From contig OX597825.1 in the NCBI GenBank assembly GCA_951406725.2, positions 14,880,001-14,944,000 of the forward strand: a stretch of DNA of 64,000 nt. Direction: 5' to 3'. A program made the translations under genes and the position numbers. The notes beneath the pieces were generated by a model. It had not been told where the DNA came from and made no database searches. It saw only the letters and a program-made list of their open reading frames with translations. This stretch comes from Octopus vulgaris (lineage: Eukaryota). Each line of letters opens with the position of its first letter. Position 1 is the stretch's first letter. This document shows positions 1 through 11,059 of this stretch, piece after piece.

Positions 1-431
1 AGTATATATACACATGTATATACACACAACTCTGAAACCATCATATTTTGGCTTGTTCTGATATAGCAGTTTTCTTAACAGAAAACAGGCAACTCAGTAT
101 CATTAAATGTGTAATTTCCATTGCTTTTGGTGAGATCATTGTATATTTATATATTTTAGCTTTGATTAGGTTTCACCACTGAAATCTTATTGCCAGAAGC
201 ATTGCTCCCGTCAGCAATTTGTTTGTTGTGGTGAAAATATTATCACGTTTGCTGCAAAACCAGACATTTGTATTAAAGTCAGTTACTTGAAGGAGAGATA
301 AATTTGATTATTGCGTTCGTAGTTTTGTTGAAACCACAAAAGATTAACACAGAGCGCTAAATACATATTAAATGGCTGAATCCGTTTTAACTGCAGACGC
401 CCATATACGCAATGTATTTATATAATATAAA

Positions 432-490
<59 letters not shown>

Positions 491-609
491 CATACACATT
501 TATACGTAAAACTATGAATGCATACACATACATTATATATACATATATACAAACACAAACGCATATATATATATATATTAGACATGCATACACATACACA
601 CATATATAT

Positions 610-915
610 GTCGAGGCACAATGGCGCAGTGGTCAGGGCAGCGGACTCGCGGTCGTAGGATCGAGGTTTCGATTCCCAGACCGGGCGTTGTGAGTGTTTA
701 TTGAGCGAAAACACCTAAAGCTCCACGACCCTCCGGCAGGGGAATGGTGGCGATCTCTGCTATAGTCTTTCGCCACGACTTTCTCTCACACTTTTATCTG
801 TTGGCCTGCTCGCTTAGCCAGCGGGGTGGCGTCATTTGAAGGCTAAAACAATGCGAAGCGCATTGTGACCAGTGATGTGTAGTAACATCTGATAGCGTGA
901 TCGGTCACGGTGATA
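610..915 (+). mobile_element. tRNA-derived SINE, family C
   Basis: tRNA-like head with A box (TGGCGCAGTGG) and B box (GGTTTCGATTCCC); near-identical inverted copy at 1929-2180; flanked by ATATATATGT on both sides. Confidence 0.85.
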
Positions 916-932
916 TATATGTATATGTTTAA

Positions 933-1200
933 AAGGTCTGATCAATAAATATGCAGACTGTTGTCATAGTAGCAAAACTAAAGCACGCAGTCTAAGGCCG
1001 CTTGGCACACTAACCGTTCTACCTGCATTACCAAGGATGAGGTGGTTTGCAAGAATCAAGGAGGTGTTAACGACATTCACAGATTGAAAGTGAGGAAGGC
1101 ATGGACCAGGTGTCGGAGCAGTCTTTAGGCCGTGGTGGGAGATGAGGGCGGCTACTTTGACTTAACTCTCATCTCCAGGTCGTAACTTATTTGACATGTT
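933..1200 (+). mobile_element. internally deleted mariner-like DNA transposon relic
   Basis: Starts with a mariner-type terminal sequence (GGTCTGATCAATAAAT); near the end encodes DEGGYFD, resembling the mariner transposase C-terminus (..GGDYFE). Confidence 0.45.
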
Positions 1201-1928
1201 TTGAATTGTTAAAATGCATTTTCGGATAAGGTAATATGCTTGCATGTGTCTCTATGGTTCTTAGTACTTACTTGTGTGTTTAACTTCATTTACGTATGTA
1301 TAGACACAAGTAAAGATATGCATACTAAATAAATCCTTATAACGATATATAAAAATTTAAATTTGTAAATATACATACACATACATATCCTTCAACGTCA
1401 ACACATGTTTAAAAGCTGACTGTAAATATGTCATTAATAGATTATACGTTTCTTTATTCATTTATCCAATTTATATATTACACTTTAATTAGCTTTCAAT
1501 TTTGGTGCATGTTTTGTTTATTCCATTAGTTATTTAATTAGCTATTTAAGTTAATAGTAAATACATACGTATATTTAAATATTACCACAAGATTACGAAG
1601 CCATAATATGGACGCGTATTTCTCGAGAATTTATTCATGTCGTTTCGTTATAAGTTTACCTATAAATCCTTGATATGATTAAACTGAGTAAATATCTTTT
1701 TTACTTTTAGGAACCAAATTCGATCAGAATATTTCAGTCATTAAAAAATCTAAAATAATTTATCTCCGTTTACAGATTCTCACCCTTTCCTTTCCTGTGA
1801 AATATTTAATAACGAGAGGAAGGAAAAACAACGAACAAACAATCATCTTCCGTTACTTATAGCAATCTGTATTGATACATCTTTGAAATATTTGGAATAC
1901 TAACTGCATTGAATTTAGTCAAGTATAT

Positions 1929-2180
1929 ATCACGTGACCGACCAGACCATCAAGTGTTGTTACATATCGCTGGTCACAATGCGTTCGCATTGTTTTAGTC
2001 TTGGAATGACGCCACCCCGCTGGCTAAGCGAGCAGGCCAACAGAAGAAAGAGTACAGCAGGGATCACCACCACTGCCGGAGCCTCGTGGAGCTTTTAGGT
2101 GTTTTCGCTCAATAAACACCCACAACGCCCGGTCTGGAAATCGAAACCGCGAGTCGGTTGCCCTAACCATTGCGCCTCCA
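1929..2180 (-). mobile_element. tRNA-derived SINE, family C
   Basis: Reverse complement of 610-915 with small deletions. Confidence 0.85.
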
Positions 2181-2188
2181 CACACACT

Positions 2189-2280
<92 letters not shown>

Positions 2281-2499
2281 ACGTCTTTCACAACAAAGTT
2301 ATCTCCCCATTTACATTAGAGAAAAATTTGTAAGTGTTTTCTTGAAGCTTTTCGTTGTTCATGTCTCTTCTCTGCCTGTTTCGTCACGCAATAGACATAT
2401 ATGAGCCATCGGTATTACATGAGTATTGCTGCGTCGAAACAATTGTAGCAAATAATAAATAAAAGTCCGACCGTACACCTTCTTCTTGACTACAATCTC

Positions 2500-2875
2500 T
2501 AGGCGCAGGAGTGGTTGTGTGGTAAGTAGCTTGCTTACCAACCCCATGGTTCCAGGTTCATTCCCACTGCATGGCACCTTGGGCAAGTGTCTTCTGCTAA
2601 AGCCTCGGCCCGACCAAAACCTTGTGAGCGGATTTGGTAGATGGAAACTGAAAGAAGCCCGTCGTATATATGTATGTGTGTGTATATATATGTTTGTGTG
2701 TCTGTTTGTTCCCAGCCAACATCGCTTGACGACCGATGCTGGTGTGTTTACGTCCCCGCAACTTAGCAGTTCGGCAAAATAGACCGATAGAATAAGTCAT
2801 GGGAGTCGATTCGCTCGACTAAAGGCGGTGCTCCAGCATGGCCGGCGTCAAATGACTGAAACAATGAAACAAGTA
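2500..2875 (+). mobile_element. tRNA-derived SINE, family A (internal microsatellite)
   Basis: Head AGGCGCAGGAGTGG..GGTTCATTCCC, central (TA/TG)n, tail GGCGGTGCTCCAGCATGGCC..GTCAAATGACTGAAAC; at least 10 copies in the window. Confidence 0.9.
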
Positions 2876-2915
2876 AATCAGTATATATATATATATACAC
2901 ACAGACACACACACA

Positions 2916-2981
<66 letters not shown>

Positions 2982-3599
2982 GTACATGCAGTTATATGTG
3001 TTTATTTACTCGTATATATAGTAAATAAACAATGGATTTAGAAAGAAATCGTACGATTCTTCAAATATATACTGGATGTATATGTATATATGTGTGTGTG
3101 TGCGGTGTGTCTACTATTGTGTAATGTATAACGTAACCTCTGACGTCTTCCACAGGGAGATTAGTATAATACGATCGATACATTCAACATCACATTTTCA
3201 CATGCATGGGAAGGTCATATACGTTCCAAAATATTATTTAAATTCTTGGAGAGCAATACATATGAGTAAATATCAACTTTAATTAAGGATTTTTGGCCGA
3301 GATTGTAAGGAATTAATTAACGGTAATTCAAAGTATCTCTATTGCTCATAATGATTATCCAGTCCAAAAGCTGCCAGTTGGCACAACATCTTCTATATTA
3401 CCTGACGCCACTATAAATTAGTCAGTTTATATTAATCAAAAGCTTTCCAAACTGGTGAAGTAGAAGTAATTCAACATATTTCAAAGAAAATAAATTTGGA
3501 AATTACAAGAGTTAAAATATTTGGATCCACTGCATCTATCGCTTGGGTGGTATTCAATGTTTATGTGTTACTTTAGAATCGTATAAATGTCTCAAACTT

Positions 3600-4010
3600 A
3601 GGCGGCGAGCTGGCAGAATCGTAAGCACGCCGGGCGAAATGCTTATCGGTATTTCGTCTGCCGTTACGTTCAGAGTTCAAATTCCACCGAGGTCGACTTT
3701 GCCTTTCATCTTTTCGGGGTCGATAAATTAAGTACCAGTTACGCACTGGCGTCGATATTATCGACTTAATCCGTTTGTCTGTCCTTGTTCGCCCCTTCTG
3801 TGTTTAGACCATTGTGGGTAGTAAAGAAATAGGTTTCTCGCCTGCCACTACTTTCTGAGTTCAAATTCCGCCGAGGTCGACTTTGGCTTTCATCCTTTCG
3901 GGGTTCGATTAAATAACTACCAGTTACGCACTGGGGTCGATATAATCGACTTAATCCGTTTGTCCATCCTTGTTTTCCCCCCCTATGTATAACACCTTGT
4001 TTGCAGTAAA
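3600..4010 (+). mobile_element. SINE family B, dimer (full copy plus 5'-truncated copy)
   Basis: Head GGCGGCGAGCTGGCAGAA, B box GAGTTCAAATTCC, tail GTGGGTAGTAAAGAAATA; second unit starts at about 3832. Confidence 0.85.
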
Positions 4011-4378
4011 GAACTTTGATATTCCAATGATATACTAAGTATACATGAAACACTGAGGTTATATGTTCAATTCTCATTAAAAAAAGCCTCGATATCATTT
4101 GTTCCATATAGTAAATATACGTGCAATTCTCCCTTAAGCTGCATATCGACTGGTTTAATATTATAAGCTACACAGTATTGTACATTTCTGTCTCCATCAT
4201 TTAAGAATGATATAAGTATATAAATGCAGAGATCGTTATTATCGTGGCTTGTCTCAGAGTTTCTCACTCACCAAAAATATACCTTAAATGTTGCCTAAGT
4301 TAGCTTAGATAGTACTCAGCCTCACCTGAAATAAGGTATGTAAATAATCGCAGTGGAAATTTTATTTAGTCATAGATT

Positions 4379-4779
4379 TACTCTTTTACTTTTTACTTGT
4401 TTCAGTCATTTGACTGCGGCCATGCTGGTGCATCGCCTTTAGTCGAGCAAATCGACCCCAAGACTTATTCTTTGTAAGCCTCGTACTTATTCGATCGGTT
4501 TCTTTTGCCGAACCGCTAAGTTACGATGACGTAAAAACACCAGCATCGGTTGTCAAGCGATATTGGGGGAACAAACACATACAAACACACACACATATAT
4601 ACACGTACATATATACTACGGGCTTCTTTCAGTTTCGTCTACCAAATCCACTCACATGGCTTTGGTCGGCCCGAGGCTATAGTAGAAGACACTTGCCCAA
4701 GGTGTCACGCAGTGGGACTGAACCCGGAACCATGTGGATGGTAAGCAAGCTACTTACCACACAGCCTCTCCTGCACCTA
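4379..4779 (-). mobile_element. SINE family A
   Basis: Full-length reverse-complement match to the other family A copies, including the GTAAAAGAGTA-type tail. Confidence 0.9.
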
Positions 4780-5877
4780 TGCTTTAACAGACTAAACAAC
4801 TACAACTTAGAAAACAACGACGATAACAGCGGCATAGTACATGATTTTACAGACCATTTGGAATGTGTTTCATACATTTTATCTGCTTAACGTTCTGTAG
4901 ACAACTATATCAGATCTTCCATTCAATACAAATAAATAGGGCTGTGTTCGTAGTCACTTTATTATTACTGCACTTTAATGTAGCAAGCCGCAGGAGTAGG
5001 CATACATCCACAGTCACTGAGCACACCCCTGGCTGAATTCGAAGTCGAAATTATTGGAGGAAGAATATACACATTGAAGACTATTATGTTGAAGAACATC
5101 ATCTCCTTCGGGCTATGAGGTTTTCGGCTTTCTCCTGATTAAGAATATATCAATATTATTATACTATTTAGACTCCTGAGAGCGAAATATGGACGATAAA
5201 AATGTTGATGAAATCAGCATATAATACAGATGTAATTTAATCTCTAAGCCCAATCAGATTATAATTTTTCGAATTATTTTCCCTGACAGATATATGAATG
5301 TCAGTGGCCTAGTGGAGAAGTAATAATGCTGTAGCCTGCTTTGAATCTGACAGATATTATGTATATATGAAGCTAGAAATAAGAGGAAATTGTCGAAATC
5401 TTTGATAAAAGTATTTTATTTTCATTCTGTTAAAGTTATTTCTATGCGAAAAATGAAATTATCGCCTAGAAATCAATGGAATTTCTATTTATCTCTGGTA
5501 CATTATTAAAACAAATACAATTTTAGAAATAGTCACCAGTGAATCAACAGCAAGCAAGTTTTGATTCGGTATATTGTGAGAATGAGATTTGCGATAAGCA
5601 AATATTCAATCACTAGAAACGTTTTATAAAAGTACACACTTCTTGTAGGTCACTGATCTTGTTTGCTATGAATTTACATACTGAATTGTCAGAGTGGCAA
5701 TGTTACCTGTTTGCCAGGTGATACATTGATGCATTTAATCATGAAGCTATTTATTTTAAAGGTATTTGTTCTATCAATCACGGAGACATGAATACCAAGA
5801 CCGAAATTGCCAAAATTTGAAGACAGAACAGAAAACAATAAGATATTTTGAGTAATGTCTTTAAAAAATTAACAATT

Positions 5878-6212
5878 CCAGTGTTTTACTGGTACTTAAT
5901 TTATCTACCCAGGAAGGATGAATGGGAAAGTCGACCTCGGCGGAACTTGAACTCAGAACTTAGTGGCAGACGAAATACCTATTTCTTTACTACCCACAAG
6001 GGCTAAACACAGAGAGGACAAACAAGGACAGACAAATGGATTAAGTTGATTACATCGACCCCAGTGTTTCACTGGTACTTAATTTATAGACTTCTAAAGG
6101 ATGAAAGGCAAATTCGACCTTGGTGGAATTTGAACTCAGAACGTAGCGGCAGACGAAATACTGCTAAGCATTTCGCCCGGCGCGCTAACAATTCTGCCAG
6201 TTCGCTGCCTTA
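5878..6212 (-). mobile_element. SINE family B, dimer
   Basis: Reverse-complement family B copy plus a partial second unit; same junction as the 3600-4010 dimer. Confidence 0.85.
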
Positions 6213-8369
6213 TTGAAATAGAATAAGGAACATCCAATGACTAATTGCTATACAGGAGACCAAATTACTATTACGTATCGTATCAGGACAATTACTCCAA
6301 TAGGACACAAATTCTCCTTGACAACAACTACCCCCTAGGACAAATACCCCACTTGATCAATTACCTACTCTCCAATATATTAAGTTTTAAGTCATCTTTT
6401 GTCCTTGGGAGTGGTTATTGTGACTTTTCAGTGGAAATACGATTTATTATATATGTGTTGCTTATATTCGAAATATAGGACAAATTAATTTCTCAATAAT
6501 GATAATCACTTCTTCTAATTTTGATATATCGTTATATCGTTATTAGAACAGCGTGAAAGTAATAATTGCATTTTCTTTGTTAATTATTAATCGCCAATAT
6601 ATTTTTCTTTTTTCAGTGCTGGCATCTATAGTCGCGATCTGAGCCCTAGAAAGCTTGTACATTTATTTTATGTTTTCTACAACATCGAAAGTAACTCTGA
6701 GCAGGCTAAGTGCGGTACAAGCATATCTTCAAACTCTAAACAGGTTCACACACACACACGCACACATATTTCAATTTAAATTTGAAAATGATTCCTAAGC
6801 TCCTGTCATTGAATAATTTATTTTTGTTCTCGATCTCTAGATTCTATCTATTTCCATGCGTGTACAAATATAGATTTTTCTTCCTTTTCTTTTAAAACGA
6901 ACCCAAGAAAAACTATTATAAAAGTGGGCGAATTATATATGTTGTTAGAGCGTTGTATAACAGGCGTCGTGGCTCTTGTTGCAACTCTAAATTCCTGATG
7001 TCAGGTTGACCTTAGATCATATATTGTTTCACCCACTTCGACGTCAATAAATAAACCACCTGACCAGCCCTGCAGTTGTATTATATCACTAATTTTGTTT
7101 GTTTTTTGTTTGTAAGAAATCGGATCCCTTGAGATCTAAATATGGACGTGCTTCGTCACATTTAAACCACTGAGATACATTGAATTCTACTACGGGACGC
7201 TAAAAGTGAATCAGGACTTGAGGATTTTAAGCAAGTAAAGGCAAGTAACGTCTAGGTAAACTTTCTATCATTCTGTCAATGGTGTTCAATGAAATAATTA
7301 TCCGATCAATTTATGTGGTTTGAAATTAATATTTGTGTTAATAAGTATATTCTGGATTATAGTCATTTTTTATTTTCGCTTTGCCACATGTGTTTACTAA
7401 TGTATGTTTATACAACTTCATTCTGTTCGAACTTCACAATACTTCCATAATTTGAGTTTATGATAGCCCTACGTCTATGTGTATTCTTCGGTACGAATGG
7501 GCAGAAAAAATTTAATGGCTTCCACGTGATTTTTATTCTGCAGTTGCTCACAATATTCTGCTTCTTTACATGATGTGGGTATTCTCATGTCTGAGTTTTC
7601 TTCAATTTTGTTTTAATTTTTTTGTTGCATTTTTCTTTTTCACCTGGCCACAATCAAACTAATTCAATTTTAGTTTTGACAGCTATTCTACCCATTCAAC
7701 GCAGTGGTGTGTCATTATCTGTTTCTCTTGTATTTAATCTTTTCAGTTTTTACTAAACTAGTTTTCTTGCTATCGTTTTAAAGCAATGCTCTGTAACCCA
7801 GTTTTACTTAGATTTTATTGCTATGCTAACATCTAACATTGTTTCTCCATTATAACCACAAGTGTCTGATATTTTAACATATGTTTTACGATTGTTATCT
7901 TGTGTGAAGACGGAACATCTTTTTACTTTTGTTAGGTGTCTAATTGCATTACACTTTTTTTATTTTTCGTTAAATTATTTAATTAGTAGTCTTTCAGCAG
8001 AGATTTTACAGTTGAGCGTTTCTTTTACCTTCACATATTTCTAGTAAAAATAATCTTTCTGTGTCGTATTCTAGGTACTGGATACCAAATACATACATCA
8101 ATTTTCTTAGGCCTGCTTTCTTATTCTTTTAGCATCAAATATAAAATTTTATATCGACATCTCATTCGAACTGCTATAGAATCGTTACCTTCTATCTTAT
8201 TGCATACATAATACATTTATTTCTTAATTACGATGGTCTATAATATTCCCACGGATATACACTCTGAGTGTTAAATTTTCGTTGTTTTTGTTATTATCAA
8301 ATTATTGTTATTGTTGTTATTCTTCTTCTTATTATTATTATATTTGCTGCGGAACACACCAGACGTGTT

Positions 8370-9590
8370 TTCGAACTTCCCAAGTAAGACAAGTTTAAAA
8401 TATGCTTACTATTAAGTTGATGACGCGTTTTTTCTACGCTGAGAAAGTAACGCTGTTTGTCTTTGAAATTGAACATTTGAAGTATGACCACAGGTGAGGC
8501 CAGGGTGGTGGCCCTGCCAGGCTCTTGAATGTAAAAATACTGCCTGCGGTCGATTGGGTCGGGCCAAAAGTAATTTTGACCCTATGGGTCCAATCGGCCA
8601 AAAATTTGGTTTTACCAGATTTCTTGACAATGGCCGGTTCCAGACATCCGGTGATTATTGAGGGATGCTCCACACCAAGTGTCACCTGTGCCTTGAATCA
8701 GGGCACATAAAGAAAAACTGTTGCCGGGACCACGCGAAGGTCCTGGAACAGTTAATTGATGACGACTGTGATCCACCTGTTCCCCCAATGGAGCCTCCTG
8801 CTCCTTCATTTGAGGGAGAGAGACCCTGAGGTGGTGGGAGGGGAGGAAGGACCTCCAGACATGTCTGAGGAACTGCACCCTCCCGCCGCAAAGGGGAAAA
8901 AGAAGAAAATGAAAAACGAGGCATTACCGGTGACGGCATGTCCCGAAACCACTTCGGTGGGATGCGTGCCACCTGAGGGGGAGAAGAAGGAAATCTTGTC
9001 GGTGATGATGTGTGCCACCGAGCGAGGTAGTTGAGGTCTCTCTCAATGAAAGTTATGAGGAATTTGTATTCTTCTATCGCAGGGGAGGGGCGATTTAGAA
9101 GTATGTGGAGATTAAGCATGATAGTCGGGTTCTTAAGCATGACAGTCCAGAGTGGCCATCGCAGGTGGCTGCACTGGTACTGGAAAGAAAAGATTTTTCC
9201 CACAGGTCAAGATCCTTCCCAAAGGAGGACTACAGATTACATTTTTTTGGTCTCGATTGGTGGTTGCAAGAATACCTGCAGGCCGCAAAAGAGTTAATTG
9301 AGGGAGTAATGTAAGATATTTATCACCTCCATATGTATGTGTATAAATTTTGTTTTCTTAGTGATGGACTTCTAGTGCAACTTGTTGTATATATTTGTAA
9401 GAGGTTTAATAACCTCTATATTTGTTGTTTTTAACGAATAATGTTTCAGCGAAGCAGAGGGTCGCCAGGCATTTTCTGTCTTCTCCCATCTTTATCATCT
9501 TATATTATTATCATTCAACTCATTATTGTTTTGTCCAGTCCGCAAAGCTACATATCTGTGTACTGCCTTTATGGCAAATAATATAAAATA
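8370..9590 (+). mobile_element. degenerate gag/ORF1-like (CCHC zinc knuckle) retroelement fragment
   Basis: GC-richer island; 8680-8721 reads CHLCLESGHIKKNC (CX2CX4HX4C), preceded in a neighbouring frame by ..LPDFLTMAGSRHPVIIEG and followed by a P/E/K-rich linker and a C-terminal segment ending ..AAKELIEGVM* at 9314; several frameshifts; outer boundaries approximate. Confidence 0.6.
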
Positions 9591-9593
9591 ATG

Positions 9594-9740
9594 TAGCTTC
9601 ATTACCAACCACATGGTTCCGGGTTCATTCCCACTGCGTGGCAACGTGGGAAAGTGTCTTCTACTATAGCTTCGGGCCGACCGAAGCCTGTGAGTAGATT
9701 TGGTAGACGGAAACTGAGAGAAGTCCGTCGTATATATGTA

Positions 9741-9779
<39 letters not shown>

Positions 9780-9821
9780 TATATATATATTATATATATA
9801 TTATATATATATGTATATATA

Positions 9822-9856
<35 letters not shown>

Positions 9857-10108
9857 AATATATATATATATATATATACGTGTGTTTATATGTTTGTGTG
9901 TCTATGTTTGTCCCCCCTCCAACATCGCTTGACAACCGATGCTGGTGTGTTTACGTCCCCGTAACTTAGCGGTTCGGCAAAAGCGACCGATAGAACAAGT
10001 ACTAAGCTTACAAAGAGTAAGTCCTGGGGTCGATTTGCTCGACTAAAGACGGTGCTCCAGCATGGCCACAGTTAAATGACTGAAACAAGTAAAAGAGTTA
10101 AAAGAGTT
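9594..10108 (+). mobile_element. SINE family A (5'-truncated, expanded TA core)
   Basis: Matches family A body and tail. Confidence 0.9.
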
Positions 10109-10308
10109 ATGAAGATACCTATTAGCAATGTTTACATCGAAGTAATTTAATAGATATTTTTACACCTGTGGTACATCGCATACCGCACTGGACAATATAT
10201 ACATATGCATACATACATACATACATACATACATCTATGTGTATGAATGTGTGTGTATGCATATATACATATATATATATATACATACACATACACACAC
10301 ACACACAC

Positions 10309-10357
<49 letters not shown>

Positions 10358-10427
10358 GATATATATACACACACATACAAACACAGCCAAGTTGATTATA
10401 GTTAGATAGACAAGCATCCAGAGCCAA

Positions 10428-11059
10428 ATGGAGAAGCCTGGAACACAGGGAAACGATGACACATGTCCAGCTTCCAACACCACAACTGAAGACCAAAGAG
10501 GTGCGATGGCCGCAAGAAAGGAAAGGCACCCTGGAATTGATGGGAAGCAGGAGGTAAAGGGTGACAGAATCAAGGCTAAAGGAAGCCCTGTCCAGAGAAA
10601 GCAGAGGGACCCCAGCAAAAACTGTAAGGGCAGGGAAAGAAACACCTGCAAATTCTACCTGAGGGGGACTGCTGGTACGGCGTTGAAGGTGCAAACTGTC
10701 GCTTTGCACATCGGAGGCCCTACCAAAACCGCACGGACGCGAGACAGAGGTCCCTCCCTCAGGGAGAACAAAAACAAAAAGTTAAAAGAAGGGAAAAAAG
10801 CGCACTGACCACTACTGAAAGACGGTATGCAGATGTGGTGCGCGGAAACCCAACAGGTGGCCAGCTTCACCCAGATGTGAGAAGGGCGGCAGCTGAACAG
10901 CAGTCTTTTTTGTGCATGGCACAAAAAATTGTTCAGCAGCTGACCTGGCTACAAGCACAAAGCTGGAACTACCACCACATAAGGCCACCTCCAACAGATG
11001 CAGGATGGCCACCACAGACACCAACACCAACACACACACCACAAAAATATTTCTACTGA
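10428..11059 (+). CDS. LINE ORF1 with CCCH zinc finger (one frameshift at G run 10663-10667)
   Basis: Adding one G joins ORF 10428.. to the frame of 10835..11059, giving 210 aa with CKFYLRGDCWYGVEGANCRFAH (C-X7-C-X8-C-X3-H); an in-frame TAG at 10407 lies upstream of the ATG. Confidence 0.75.

Noticed and set aside
610-690. tRNA gene candidates (also 22918-22990 and 29140-29212)
   Set aside because: These are SINE heads that continue into repeated SINE bodies; no complete acceptor stem or terminator was seen.
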